Source: the human T2T-CHM13v2.0 reference genome, Homo sapiens. From it: a DNA stretch of 64,000 bases. The position numbers and the translations under genes were made by a program. The DNA lies in NCBI RefSeq assembly GCF_009914755.1, contig NC_060947.1; one strand, written 5' to 3'. The notes under the pieces were generated by a model that had not been told where the DNA came from, did no database searches, and was given only the letters and a program-made list of their open reading frames with translations. Position 1 is the stretch's first letter; each line of letters begins with the position of its first letter. Shown here in pieces: positions 44,520 through 61,667 of the stretch.

Positions 44520-45109
44520 ACAATGAGAACACATGGGCACAGGAAGGGGAACATCACACACCGGGGCCTGTTTTGGGGTGGGGGGGATGGGGGAGGGATA
44601 GCATTAGGAGATATACCTAATGCTAAATGACGAGTTCATGGATGCAGCACACCAACATGGCACATGTATACATATGTAACAAACCTGCACGTTGTGCAAA
44701 TGTACTCTAAAACTTAAAGTATAAAAAAAGAAAAAAATTTTACATTATGGTTTTATTTTATTATTATTCATAATAAAATTAATTTCCTCCTACATGCCAA
44801 TATAAAGACAGAGATGGTAACTACTTACTTCACCTTATAAAAGATGAGATGTAGAATACCTTACTCTTTACCTCTCTCTCATTATCCTATCACTTCCTAG
44901 TTTCAATAAATAATTCTGGAATGTTCTGATCAAGAAAATTTTCAAATAATAAAATCCATATCACAGAAATCTCAGATACATTCAGTTTTATAATTACATT
45001 ACACCTCCTTTCAAAGATTTAATTATTTAACCTATTTTATTGCTCACCATCACTTCTTCTGTAACCTGTTTTATCTGTTAATTTCTTAGTTCCAATGTAT
45101 TTCTCAATA

Positions 45110-45200
45110 ATTTTAACATTTGATTAAGCAAATATCTATTAAGAATTTAATATGAGCCAAGTGTTGAGGCAGGCTCTGGGGATATAGTAATGGAGAGGAT
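45110..45200 (-). mobile_element. L2 3' fragment
   Basis: AAGCAAATATCTATTAAGAATTTAATATGAGCCAAGTGTTGAGGCAGGCTCTGGGGATATAGTAATG. Confidence 0.55.
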
Positions 45201-45347
45201 TAATTTCCATACATGCAATGGTTATTGTATATTAAATGAATGGGTATTGTATTTGAACTTTAGCATTCTTTCATATGGAATGAAATTTTTAGGAATGGTA
45301 AGAACTACGTTTTGTATGTTCTATTCATTATTATTATAATTTTTTTA

Positions 45348-45511
45348 ATTTAGGAGGTCATTAGGCTGGGTAGCTCCAGTGCTTTAAGTAAGCAAACTGA
45401 AGCTCAATGTAAACAGTAAAATGAAACAAGGGACTTTACCAGTCAGAAAACAGCAACTAGCCTCTAACTAGGGTCTTTTCACTCTAACCAATCAAATAGG
45501 TTTTCTTTCTG
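45348..45511 (+). mobile_element. MER67-type ERV1 LTR 5' fragment, truncated by L1PA5
   Basis: GAGGTCATTAGGCTGGGTAGCTCCAGTGC...GTAAGCAAACTGAA...TGTAAACAGTAAAATGAAAC...CCTCTAACTAGGG. Confidence 0.6.
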
Positions 45512-46555
<1,044 letters not shown>

Positions 46556-47998
46556 GGTACCTTTTAGTTTTGTTAATTATGTGCTTTGCAATGCGGAAAC
46601 TTTTTAATTTGAAAACACATAAACTGGCAAATTGGATAAATAATCAAGACTCATTCGTGTGCTGTATTCAAGAGATCCATCTCATGTGCAAGACACACAT
46701 AGGCTCAAAATAAAGAGATGGAGAGATATTTATCAAGCAAATGAAAAGCAATAAAAAGCAGGGGTTACAATCTTACTCTCTGACAAAACAGACTTTAAAC
46801 CAATGAAGATCAATAAAGAAAAAGAAGAGTATTACATAATTTTAAAGGGATCAATTCAACAAGTTCCTAAATATATAGAAATCCAATACAGGAGCACCCA
46901 GATTTATAAAACAAGTTCTTAGGGACCTAAAAAGAGACTTAAACTCCCACACAACAATAATGGAAGACTTTAACACCCCACTGTCAATATTAGAAAGATC
47001 AACAAGACAGAAAATTAACAAGGATATTCGGGACTTGAACTCAGCTCTGGATCAAGTGAACCTATTAGATACTGACAGAACTCTCCATCCCAGAACAACA
47101 GAATATACATTCTTCTCAGTACCACATGACACTCATTCTAAAATTGACCACGTAATTGGAAGTAAAACACTCCTCAGCTAATGTAAAATTACTCATATAA
47201 TGAGAAACAGTCTGTCAGACCACAGTGCAATCATATTGGAACTCAAGAATAAGAAACTCACTCAAAACCACACAACTACATGGAAATTGAACAACTGCTC
47301 CTGAATGACTCCTGGGTAAATAATGAAATTAAGGTAGAAATAAAGAAGTTCATTGAAACCAACAAGAACAAAGACAATGTACCAGAATCTCTGAGACACA
47401 ATTAAAGCAGTGTTAAGAGGGAAATTTATAGCACTAAATGCCCACATCAGAAAGCTAGAAAGATCTTAAATCAACACCCTAACATCAGAATTAATCAAAC
47501 TAGAGAAGCAAGAGCAAAAAAAATCCAAAAGCTAGCAAAAGGCAAAAAATAAGATCAGAGAGGAACCAAAGGAGATAGAGACACAAAAAACCCCTTCAAA
47601 AAATTAACAAATTCAAGAGTTGAATTTTAAAAAATAATAGTAAAACAGATACATCACTAGCTAGACTAATAAAGAAGAAAAGAGAGAAGAATAAAATAGG
47701 CACAATAAAAAATAACAGAGGGAATATTACCTCTGACCCAACAGAGATACAAACTGCCATCAGCGAATACTATAAATGCCTCTATGCAAATAAACTAGAA
47801 AATCTAGAAGAAATGGATAAATTCCTGGACACATACACTCTCCGAAGACTAAACCAGGAAGAAGTCAAATCCCTGAATAGGCCAATAACATGCTCTGAGA
47901 TTGAGGCAGTAATAAATAGCCTACCAACCCAAAACAAAGCCCAGAAACAGATGGATTCACAGCCAAATTGTAACAGAGGTTCAAAGAGGAGCTGGTAC

Positions 47999-48888
47999 TG
48001 AAAGGGGAACCTATCCCTTGTCCCCCTCACAGGGCATGCGATGGGGGTGTGGCTCACTTCGTCAGTGCCCCACTGCTCAAACCTCTAGAGGAGCTTACAG
48101 ATGGGCGGGCTGTAGGGCTCCAACCCCACAGCAGTGTCTAGGGGTGAATGTTTACAGCTGAAGCCCCAGTGGCCATGTGTTACAGGTTGTTCTTTTAGTT
48201 TGGCCATCTGTAGGTGGCTTGTGTTAGTCAACTAAATTAGACCACCCTGTCTTATCACAGGGACAGAGGGCTTTCTGTATCTCAGGGTTCTTGCCTCGGT
48301 GTGCTTGGAGAATCGGATCACACGTGGGCTTGGAGAATGAGTGCCAGGTTTAATTGAGTGGAAATAGCTCTCAGCAGGTGGGGGAGCCAGAAGTTAGATA
48401 GTTTTCCCCGGAGTCAGGCTGCTTGGTGGGCCAAGCTCTCTTTCAACTATGCCAGCCAAACTCAACATCATTCTGCCAGTCGGTAGCCTGCTGGTGGGCC
48501 AGTGCCTGTCTGTGTGTTCCTCTAGACATCCAGCCTCCCGTGTATTCCTCTGCTGATGTGTTCCTCTCGACATCCAGCCACCTGTGTCTTCTTTTACCGA
48601 TGTGTTCCTCTTGATGTCTAGCTGCTTGTGTGTCTGCTTGTTAGGGTCTTGGGGCTTTTTTAATAGGCACAGGATGGGGGCATGGTGGGCTAGAGCGGTC
48701 TTGGAAAATGCAACATTTGGGCAGAAAAGCAAAAACTGCCTGTCCTCACCTAGATCTGTGTGCACAGGCCCGGGGGTGGAGCCCTAGCCAGGGACTATGC
48801 CCTCTTACACCCAGCACTTTCCTTCCCTCCTTCTGTATTATTTAAAGTGACCATTCCCTTCCCTTCCCCCCACTTCCCTTCCGTATCA
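47999..48888 (-). mobile_element. LTR1-family (HUERS-P2/ERV1) solo LTR
   Basis: Minus strand TGATACGGAAGGGAAG...CCCTGGCTAGGGCTCCACCCCCGGGCCTGTG...TTCA. 4-bp TSD GTAC at 47995-47998 and 48889-48892. Host ORF2 resumes exactly. Confidence 0.8.
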
Positions 48889-50269
48889 GTACCATACCTT
48901 CTGAAACTATTCCAAACAATTAAAAAGGAGGAACTCCTCCCTAACTCATTTTATGAGGCCAGCATCATCCTGATACCAAAACTTGGCAGAGACATAACAA
49001 AAAAAGAAAACTTCAGGCCAATATTCCTGATGAACATCAATGCAAAAATCCTCAATAAAATACTGGCAAACCGAACCCAGCAGCACATCAAAAAGCTTAT
49101 CTACCATGATCAAGTTGGCTTTCTACCTGGGATGCAAGGCCGATTCAACATATTCAAATTAATAAACGTAATTTATCACATAAACAGAACCAATGACAAA
49201 AAAACTATGAATATCTCATTAGATGCAGAAAAGGCCTCTGATAAAATTCAACATCCCTTCATGTTAAAAACTCTCAATGAACTAGGTATTGATGGAACAT
49301 ATCTCAAAATAATAAGAGCTGTTTATGATAAACCCACAGCCAATATCATACTGAATGGGAAAAAGCTGGAAGCATTCTTTTTTAAAGCTTGCAAAAAACA
49401 AAAATGCCCTCTCTCACCACTCATATTAAACAGAGTATTGGAAGTTCTGCCCAGGGCAATCAAGCAAGAGAAATAAATAAGGGATATTCAAATAGGAAGA
49501 CAGAAAGTCAAATTGTCTCTGTTGGTAGATGACATGATTTTATGTTTAGAAAACTCCATCATCTCAGCCCAAAAGCTCCTTAAGCTGATAAGCAACTTCA
49601 GTAAAATCTCAGTATACAAAATCAATGTGCAAAAATCTCAATAATTCTTACACACAATAATAGACAAGCAGAGAGCCAAATCATGAATGAACTTCTATTT
49701 ACAATTGTTACAAAGAGAATAAAATACCTAGGAATACAGCTAACAAGAGATATGAAGGAACTCTTCAAGGAGAACTATGAACCATTGCTCAAGGAAATAA
49801 GAGAAGACACAAACAAATGGGAAAAGATTCCATCCTTATAAATAGAAATAATTAATATTGTGAAAATGACCATGATGCCCAAAGTAATTTATAGATTCAA
49901 GGCTATTCCCATCAAACTACTATTGACATTCTTCACAGAATTAGAAAAAACAAACTACTTAAAAACTCATATGGAACCAGAAAAGAGCCTGTATAGCCAA
50001 GACAATCCTAAACCAAAAGAACAAAGCTGGGGGCATCACACTACCTGAGTTCAAACTACACTACAAGGCTACAGTAACCAAAACAGCATGGTACTGGTAC
50101 AAAAACAGACACATTGACCAATGGAATAGAATAGAGATTTTAGAAATAAGAATGCACATCTACAGCTATCTGATCTTTGACAAACCTGACAAAAACAAGC
50201 AATGGGGAAAGGATTCCCTGTTTAATAAATGGTGCTGAAAAAACTAGCTAGCCATGTGCAGAAAACTAA

Positions 50270-51342
<1,073 letters not shown>

Positions 51343-53832
51343 AGAAAATTTAACTCAAGATATATTAAAGACAAATATAAAACCAAAAACCATAAAAGCC
51401 CTAGAAGAAAACCTAGGTAATACCATTCAGGACATAGGCATGGGCGAATATTTTATGATGAAATCATCAAAAGCAATTGTAATAAAAGCAAATATTGAAA
51501 AATGGGATTTAATTAATCTAAAGAGCTTCTGCTACAGTCAAACAAACTATCATCAGAGTGAATAGGCAACGTAAAGAATGGGAGAAAAGGTTTGCAATCT
51601 ATCCATCTGACAAAGGTCTAATATCCAAAATCTACAAGGAACTTAAACAAATTTACAAGAAAAAACCAAACAACTGCATTAAAAAAGTGGGCAAAGGATG
51701 TGAACAGACAATTCTCAAAAGACGACATGCGGCCAACAAACATGTGAAAATGAGCTCAACATCACTAATTATTAGAGAAATGAAAATCAAAAAGTCAATG
51801 TGATACCATCTCACATCAGTGAGAATGGCGATTACTAAAAAGTCAAGAAACAGCAGATGCTCGTGAGGCTGTGGAGAAATAGGAATGCTTTTACACTGTT
51901 GGTGGGAATGTAAATTAATTCAACCATTGTGGAAGACAGTGTGGCAATTCCTCAATAATCTAGAACCAGAAATACCATTTGACCCAGCAATCCCATTACT
52001 GGGTATATACCCAAGGGAATATAAGTCATTCTATTATAAAGTTACATGCACACATGTTTATTGCAACACTATTCACAATAATAAAGACATGGAACTAACC
52101 CAAATGCCCAGCAATGATAGACTGGATAAAGAAAATGTGGTACATATACAACATGGAATATTCTGCAGCCATGAATAGGAATGAGATTATGTCCCTTGCA
52201 GGGACATGGATTAAGCTGGAAGCCATCATCCTCAGCAAACTAACACAGGAACAGAAAACCAAACACCACATGTTCTCACTCATAAATGTGAGTTAAGCAA
52301 TGAGAACATATGGGCAGAAGAAGAGAAACAACACACACCAGGGACTGTCAGGGAAGGGGCAATGAGAGGAGGGACAGCATCAGGACAAATAGCTAATCCC
52401 TGCAGAGCTTAAAACCTAGGTGATGGGTTGATAGGTGCAGCAAGCTACCATGGCACACATACACCTATGCAACAAACCTGCACCTTCTGCACATGTATCC
52501 CAGAACTTAAAGTAAAATTAAAAAAAATAAATAAAAAGAGATGGAAATACCATTTGACCCAACAACTCCGTAACTGTGTATATACCCAAAGGAATATAAA
52601 TCATTCGATTATAAAGACACACACACATGTGTGTTCACTGCAACATTATTCACAATAGCAAAGACATGGAATCAACCTAAATGCCCATCAATGATAAACT
52701 GGATAAAGAAAATGTGGTACATATACAATATGGAATACTATACAGCCATAAAGAAGAACTAGATTATGTCCTTTTCAGAGACATGGATAGAGTTGGAGGC
52801 CATTATTTTTAGCAAACTAACACAGAAACAGAAAACCAAATACTGCATGTTCTCAATATATGTGGGAGCTAAATGATAAGAACACATGAACAAATTAAGA
52901 GTGGAATAACACACTCAGGGGCCTATTGGAGGGTGGAGATTTGGAGGAGGGAGAGCATCAGGAAAAATAACTAATGTGTACTAGGCTTAATACTCAAGCG
53001 ATGAAATAGTCTGTACAATAAACCCCCATGACACATGTTTTATCTGTGTAACAAACCTGCACACGTACCCCGAACTTAAAATAAAAGTTAAAAAAGCAAA
53101 AAAATAAACTTTTTAATTTGATGTAGTTCCACTTGTTTATTTTGCTATTGCTGCCTGTGTTTTTGATTTCATATCCAAAAAATTATTGCCAAGATCAACA
53201 TCAAGGGGGTTTTTATTTACAGATAATATTTGCACATATCTATGAGGACATGATATTTTATTACATGCATATAATGTTTAATGATAAGTTAAGGTATTTA
53301 CAGTATTCATCAACTTGAATATTTATCATTTTTATGCATTGGAAAGATGTCAAGCTCCTCCCTTTTAGCTATTTTGAAGTATACAGTACATTGTTCTTAA
53401 CTATAGTTACCCTAGTCTGCTATCATATATTAGAGCACAATTCTCCTATCTAACATAATGGAAATAATTGTACCCATTAACCAACCACTCTTTATTCCCC
53501 ACCCCCAATACACACACCTTTCCCAGCCTCTGGTATTCATCATTTTACTCTCTACCTCCATGACATCAACTTTTTTTAATCTCCCACATATGAGTGACAA
53601 CACGTCATATTTGTTTTTCTGTGCCTGGCTTATCTCACTTAACATAATGACTTCCAGTTCCACACATGTTGCTACAAATGACATGATTTCATTCTATTTT
53701 ACTGGCCAAATAGTATTCCATTGTGTATATGTATCACAGTCTCTTTATCAATTTGTCTGTTGATTGATACGTTTATTCCATATATTTTCTTTTGTGAGTA
53801 GTGCTGTAATAAACATGAGAGTGCAGCTGTCT

Positions 53833-54511
53833 TTTTAAATTTAATTTTTATTTTTATAGATTTAGGGGTACAAGTACAGTTATGTTACATGGATATATTG
53901 TGCAGTGGTGAAATCTAGGCTTTTAGTGTACCTCTTACCTGACTACTGTACATTATACCCAATAGGTAGTATTTCATCCCTTATCCCTCCCACTCTCCCA
54001 CCTTTTGGAGTGTAGAGTGTCTATTATTCCACTTGTATGTACGTGTGTACCCATTGTTTTGCTCCCACATATAAGTGAGAACATGCGGGTTTTAACTTTC
54101 CATTTCTGAGTCATTTCACTAAAGATAATAGCCACCAGTTCCATCCATGTTGTTGCAACAGACATTATTTCATCTTGTTTATAACTGAGTAGTATTACAT
54201 GGTAGATATATACCACATTTTCTTTATTTTATCATTGATTAATGAATAATTAGGTTGATTCCATAACTTTGCTATTGTGAATAGTGGTGCAATGAACATA
54301 CCAGTACAAGTGTCTTTTCAATAAAAAAAAAAAAAATGACGTATTTTCCTTTGGGTAGATACCCAGTAGTGGGATTGTTGGTTGAGTTGAAGGGTAGATC
54401 TTTTTGTAGTTTTTTGAGAAATTTTCATACTATTTTCCATAGTTTGCTCTAATTTACATTACACCAACAGTGTATAAGCATTCTCTCTTCTATACATCCT
54501 TGCCAACATCT
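53833..54511 (-). mobile_element. Short L1PB4 3' insertion
   Basis: TTTATAGATTTAGGGGTACAAGTACAG L1PB4-type end. TSD GTGCAGCTGTCTT (53821) / GTGCAGCTATTT (54512). Confidence 0.78.
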
Positions 54512-55278
54512 GTGCAGCTATTTGATATACTGATTTTTCCCCCTTGGATATATACCCAGTAGTAGGAATGCTGAAACATAGGGTAGTTTTACTTTTAGTT
54601 CTTTGAGAAATCTCCATACCATTTTTCATAGTGGCTGTACTAATTTATATTCCCCTCTACAGTGTATAAGAGTCTCTCTCTTCATCCTCACCAGCATTTG
54701 TTGTTTTTCGTCTTTTTAGTGATAGCCATTTTAACTGGAGTAAGAGGATATCTCATTGTGGCTTTGATTTGCATTGTCTTGATGGTGAATCATAATTAAG
54801 CATTTTTTTCATAGTTGTTGGCCATTAGTATTTCTTCTTTTGAGAAATATATGTTAATGTATTTTTTCCAATTTTTAATGAGATTATTAGTGTTTTTACT
54901 TGAGTTGTTTGAATTTCCTATATATTCTAGATATTAGTCCATTGTCAGATGAATGTGAGAGTTTGCAAATAATCCCTCCTATTATGTGGCTTTTCTCTTT
55001 ACTCTATTGATTCCTTTGCTGTGCAAAAGCTTTTTAGCTTAATGTAATTCCAATTCTCTATGTTTTAGTTGCCTATGCTTTTGACATCTTAGCCATAAAA
55101 TCTTTCTTTAGGCTAATGTTTGAAGTATTTCCCTATGTATTATTCTAGTTGTTGTATACTTTGGGGTCTCACTTTTAAGCTTTTTAATCTATCTTGAGTT
55201 GATTTTTGTGTACGGTGAGAGATAAGGGTCTAATTTCATTGTCCTGCATATGAATATCCATTTTTCTCAGTACTCTTT

Positions 55279-55584
<306 letters not shown>

Positions 55585-56414
55585 TTCTCAGTACTCTTTA
55601 TTGAAGAGTGTGTCGATTCCACAATGCATGCTTTTGGCACCTTAGTGAAAAATCAGTTGGATGTAAATATGTCGATTTATTTCTGTGTTCTCAATTCTGT
55701 TCTGTTGGTTTATGTGTGTTTTTTTAATAACAATATCATACTATTTTGGTTACTATAGCCTTTTCATATATTTTGAATTCACTCAATGTGGTGCCTCCAG
55801 CTTTATTTTTTTCTATTCAGAATTGCTTTGGCTATTCAAGCTCTTTTTTTTTTTTTTTTTTGGTTTTATACAAAATTTTTAAGATTTCTTTTCTATTTCT
55901 GTGAAAAATTACATCAGTTTTTTTGTAAGAATTGCTTTGAATCTGTAGATTTCTTTGGGTAGTATGGCCATTTTTACAATATTAATTCTGCTAATCCATG
56001 AGCATGGGATGTATTTCTATTTGTTTGTGTCGTCTTCAATTTATTTCATCAGTGTTTTGTAGTTTTTCTTGTAGAGGTCTTTCACCTCCTTGGTTAAATT
56101 TATTCCTAGATATATTCTTGTAGGCATTGCAAATTGGAATGCCTTCTTGATTTCTTTCTTTGCAAGTTCACTATTGGTATATAAAAATGTTACTGATTAT
56201 TGTACACTGATTTTGTATCCTGCAACTTTACTGAATTTGTTTATCAGGCCCAAGAGGTTTTTTTGTGTGTGTGTGTGAAGTCTTAAGATTTTTCTACATG
56301 TAAGGTCATGTCTTCTGCAAAGAGGGACAATTTTATTTTTTTCAATTTGGATGCATTTTATGTTGTGAGTCACATTTATTGATTCGCATATGCTGAACCA
56401 TTTTTGACTATTGA

Positions 56415-56788
56415 ATAGAAGTTCCTGTTTTCTTGCTAGCTATCAGGCAGGGGCTATTCTCATTTCCTGGATACCACCATCCATATTACTTACCATGTGG
56501 CTCCCTTTAGATGTGACCCCCTTCATCTAGCAACCAAAATCCTCCCTTGTATTGAATCTCTCTCACACTTTAAATTTATCTGACTTCTTTGTTTCTGACA
56601 TCTAGACCCAGATTTAAAGGGACCATGTGATTAGGTCAGGTCCACCCATATAGTCTCTTTTTTTTAAAGTCAACTGTGACATATAACATAACCTAATCAG
56701 GAAAGTAAAATCCATTATATTCATATTCCCTGGAATCACACAGGGCATGTTCTCCAGAGGAAATCAATTGTAGACATCATCTTAGAAT
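56415..56788 (-). mobile_element. MLT1E-type MaLR LTR fragment
   Basis: TTTAAAGGGACCATGTGATTAGGTCAGGTCCACCC...TAAAGTCAACTG...CATCTTAGAATTGCCTA. Confidence 0.68.
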
Positions 56789-56799
56789 TGCCTATCTTA

Positions 56800-57769
56800 G
56801 AGGTAAAACGTATGTGATTTGAAAAACACAACTCCTGAATATATTATTCCATGTGTTCTAACAAATGCATTGATCCCATGAAGTTCCTCTGTTAACTTTC
56901 TCAATAAAACTGTATCTGCATATTCCTCAGAGGCAACCATTGTTCTAACTTTATTCTGTAATGTATTAGTTTTGCTTGTTCTGTATCAGGAGTCATCAAA
57001 CTATAGCCCATGGTCCAAATCCAGCCCACCACCTGTTTTTATAAATAAAGTTTTATTGAAACACAGCCATGCTTATTTGTTTACCTATTGTCTTCAACTG
57101 CTTTCTTAATACAACGGCAGATTTAAGTAGTTACAACTACTTAATGACCCATAAAGTTTAAACATTTACTATCTGGCTCTTTACACACAATTTGTAAACT
57201 CTTCTTCATATAAATAAAATCATACAGTGTGTATTCCTTTCTGTAAAACTTCTTTCAACATAATGTTTTTGGGATTCTTCTATGTTGTGTCTATTGGTAG
57301 TTAAAAAAATTTAATCGTACTCAATTGTATGGGCACACCACAGTTTATCTAGTCTTACGTTGATGGATACCTGCCCTGTTTCCAGTTTTGAACTATTATG
57401 AGTAATCTTCAGTGATTATTCTTGTACAAGTCTTTCTATAAATGTATGCTTTTATTTCTCTTATGTAAATATTTAGTGGTGAAATTGCTGGATTATAGGT
57501 TGAACATATATTTCATTTTATAAAAATCTGCCAGAAATTGTTTCAAAGTGGTTGTATCACTTTATACTCCCAGTTTCACTTTCAGTTGCTTTAATTCCTT
57601 GTTAACATTTTATGCTTTCAGACCTTAATTTTTGCCATTCTGGTAGGTTCTAGTAGTATTTCACTGTGATTTTATTTTTCACTCTTTTGATAAATATTTT
57701 GTAGATAATTTTTTGTTATTGATCATTCTTCTCTTTGTGAAGTGTCTGTTCAAATTTTTGCACATTTTA
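56800..57769 (-). mobile_element. Old L1ME/MD 3' fragment (resumes at ~60809-60990)
   Basis: CAGAGGCAACCATTGTTCTAACTT...GAAATTGCTGGATTATAGG...TTTGTGAAGTGTCTGTTCAAA. Confidence 0.6.
56987..57204 (+). mobile_element. MER58A hAT-Charlie MITE
   Basis: CAGGAGTCATCAAACTATAGCCCATGGTCCAAATCCAGCCCACCACCTGTTTTTATAAATAAAGTTTTATTG...TTTACTATCTGGCTCTTTAC. Confidence 0.8.
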
Positions 57770-60700
57770 TTATTTTAATTAATTTATATATTTAGGGGGT
57801 AAAAATGCAGTTTTCTTACATGTGTATATTGCATAGTGGTGAAGTCTAGGCTTTCAGCGTACCCATTACCCCAATAGTGAACAATGCACCCAATAAGTAA
57901 TTTTTCAATCCTCAATCCCCTCCCACTCTCCCACATTTTGTAGTCTCACGTGTCATTATTACACTCTGTATGTCCAGGTGTACCCTTTGTTTAGCTCCCA
58001 CTTATAAGTGAGAACATGCAGTATTCAAATTCTGTTTCTGAGTTATTTCACTTAGTACAATGGCCTCCAGTTCCATTTATGATGCCGCAAAGGACATAAT
58101 ATCATAAAATATTATCTTTATCCAATCATCTGTTGATGAGTGCTTAGGTTAATTCCATATCTTTACAATCATGAATCATGCTGCTATAAACATACAAGTG
58201 CAGACATCTTTTTGATATAATGATTCCTTTTCTTTGCATATATACCTGGTAGCAGGATTGCTGGATCAAATGATCATTCCGTTTTTAGTCCTTTTTAACC
58301 CTTTGGAAAATCTCCATACTGGTTTCCAAAAATGTTGTACTAATTTACATCCCCACCAAAAGTGTATAAACATTTCTTTTTCTCCATATCCTCACCAACA
58401 GCTGCTGTTTTTAGACTTTTTAATAATAGCCATTCTAACTGGTATCAGATGATATCTCATTGTGGTTTTGATTTGCATTACTTTGATGATTCGTAATAAT
58501 GAGCATTTCTTCAAGTTTGTTGGTCACCTGTATGTCTCCTTTAGAAAGTGCCTGTTCATGTCTTTTGCCCACTTTTTAATGGGATTATTTATTGTTTTCT
58601 TGTAGAGTTGTTTGAGTTTCTTGTAGATTCTGGATATTAACCCTTGGTCAGATGTATAGTTTGCAAAAATTTTCTTCCATTCTATAGGCTGGCTGTTTAC
58701 TTTATTGATTGTTTCTTTTGCTATGGAAAAGCTTTTTAGTTTAATTAAGTCCCATTTGTCTATTTTTGGTTTTGTTCCATTTGCTTTTTGGGTCTTGGTC
58801 ATAAATTCTTTGCCTAGGCCAATGTTCAGGAGAGTTTTCCTATGTTTCCTTCTAGGATATTTGTAGTTCCAAGTCTTATATTTAAAACTTTAATTTGTCT
58901 TGAGTTAACATTTTATATGGTGAAAGGTATGCATCCAGTTTCATTCTTCTGCATATGGTTAATGTCTGCACATGGCAAATTTTCTTCACACCATTTATTG
59001 AATAGGATGCCATTTATTCAGTGTATATTTTTATTGACTTTGCCAAAGATAAGTTCATTGTAAGTATGTAGCCTTATTTCTGGGTTCTCCATTCTATTCC
59101 ACTTTTCTATGTATCTAATTTAATGCCAGTAGCTTGCTGTTTTGGTTACTATAGCCTGGTAGTATGATTTGAAGTCAGATAATGTGATGTCTCCAGCTTT
59201 GTTGTTTTTTTTATCAGGATTGCTTTGGCTATTTTGTCTATTTTTTTTGGTCTATATGAATTTTAGGAATTTTTTTCTAGTTCTGTGTAAAACAATGCTG
59301 GTAATTTGATAGGGATTGCATTGAATCTGTAGTTTGCTTTGGGAAGTATAGTTATTTTAACAATATTGGCTCTTCCAATCCATGAGCATGGATTTTTCCA
59401 TTTGTTGATGTTGTCTCCGATTTCTGTCATCAGTGTTTTGTAATTCTCCTTATAGAGGTCTTTCGCATCCTTGGTTAAATACATTCCTAAGTTTTAAAAA
59501 AAAGTGTTGTAAATGAGATTGACTTCTTGATTAGGTCCTTGGTTAGATCATTATTGGTGTACAGAAATGCTACTGATTTCTGAATGTCAATTGTGTATCC
59601 TAAAACTTTACTAAACTCATTGATCAAATGTAAGAGTATTTTTATTGGAGTCTTCAGATATTTCTGGATACAAAATCATATCATCAGTTAACGGGAATAA
59701 ATTGACTTCTTTTTCAATCTAAATGCTTTTTTTTCTTCTTTCGTGATTGCTCTGGCAAGGACTTCCAGTGCTATGTTGAATAGAGTGGCGAAAGTGGGCA
59801 TCCTTGTCTTGTTCTAGTTCACAGAGAAAATGCTTTAAACTTTTCTCTATTAAGTAAGATGTTGACTGTGGCCTTGTCATATATAGCCTTTTTTATGTTG
59901 AGGTATGTTTCTTTTATGCCTAGTTTGTTGAGGATATTTCTCATAAAGGGGTGCTAAATTTTATTGAGTGCTTTCTCTCTCTCTATTTAGATGATCATAA
60001 AATTTTTGTCTTTAATTCTGTTTATGTAATGCATCATATTTATTGATTTGCACATGTTGAAACATTACATCCCTGGGATAAATCCCACCTGATCATGGTG
60101 TATTATCTTTTTGATGTGCTATTTGATTCTACTTGCTAGTATTTTGATGAGAATTTTTGTATCTATGTTCCTCGGGGATATTGATTTGTAGTTTTCTTTT
60201 TTTCTTGTGTCCTTGTCTGGTTGTGGTATCAGGGTGATACTGACCATGTAGAATAAGTTAAAGAGAATTTCCTCCTGCTTGATTTTTTTAGAATAGTTTC
60301 AGAAGGATTGGTGTTACTCTTTGCATATTTGGTAGAATTTTGCTGTAAATCCATCTGTTTCTGAGCAATTTTTTTCTTGGGAGATTTTTTATTACTGATT
60401 CAATCTTGCTACTCACTATTGATCTGTTCAGGAGTTCTACTTCTTCCTGGTTCAGCCCCAGAAGATTGTGTGGTTCTAGTAGCTTATTCATTTTCTCTGG
60501 GTTTTCTAGTTTATGACTATATAGCTGTTTGTAATTGTCTCTGATGAACTTTTGTATTTCTATTGCATCACTTGTAATGTCTCATTTTGATTTCTGATTA
60601 TGTTTATATGGATTTTCTATTTTCTTGCTTAGTCTAGCTAGTTGTTTATCAAATTTTTAAATTTTTTTTAAAAAACCAACTGTTTGTTTTATTGATTCTT

Positions 60701-60808
60701 TGTATTTTTTTGTCCCCATTTCATTTAGTTCTCTTTTGATTTTTGTTATTTCTTTTATACTGCTAACTCCAGGTTTGATTTGTTCTTCTTTTTCCTAGTT
60801 TCTTGGTG
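57770..60808 (-). mobile_element. L1PB4-like LINE-1, 5'-truncated
   Basis: L1PB4-type 3'UTR and ORF2 fragments ([31 protein letters not shown]). Approximate TSD TTTTGCACATTTTA / TTTTGTCCATTTTA. Confidence 0.8.
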
Positions 60809-61667
60809 TTTTTGTCCATTTTACATTGGGTCTTTCTATAATTGTATTGGAGGAATTCTTTATACATTCTGGATTCCAGTCCTTTCTCAGATATATGTTT
60901 TGCAAATATTTCTCCTAGTCTGTAGTTTAAATATTTTCTTAATGATGCCTTTTGATGAAAAGTTTTTAATTTAGATAATGTCTAATTTTTTTTTTTCAGC
61001 ACAATGCCGCTATGGGTAAGGAAGGAAGGGGCAGGCAGCATAAGGAAGCAACATGTTGCTAGCATAGACAGGAAATACCAGCAGTTATGTGGCACATTTT
61101 TGCCATGTTGGGGAATAATGCCACTCAAAATTATGAGATCAAATATTTACTTATAATTCCAGAAATAAAAGGACAGATAATTAGACTGAGGAAGAGTGCT
61201 GTGGACACTCAAGTCCTATAATGGTCTTATGACCAAACTAGAGAAAAGCTTATTACATAATTATTTTTTTATATATAAAATATTATCTTATATGTCTTTA
61301 TACCATATGGAGATTCTCTACTTTGCTTAATTACTTTTCACAGGCAGGCAGCCAATTGTAGGCATTGATTTTGGTTCATACATCAGCATGACACACAGAT
61401 TGAGATAAGGCTTGCTAGTCACCTAGTGAGAGTGAGATGAGTTTTTCTGCTTGTTGGATAACAGTGCTTCCTATAGCTGATCAAAGTACACTTAATCCTA
61501 CTTATTAAGAGTTGATGTAACAAAAAATAAGCAAGATATTAAGTCCATGTATACAGTAATAATATTTGATTGCTTTGTTTTGTATTTATGTACACGGTGT
61601 TTAAAATACTGTGTGGATATAAACTCAAAAAAGAAATTGTTTCTTCCTTTGTAGAAAGATCAGAAGA

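Noticed and set aside
48760-49476. 238-aa LTR-RT fusion ORF
   Set aside because: It has a GTG start in antisense LTR sequence, a damaged QGCPLSP motif, and stops before the catalytic FADD motif.
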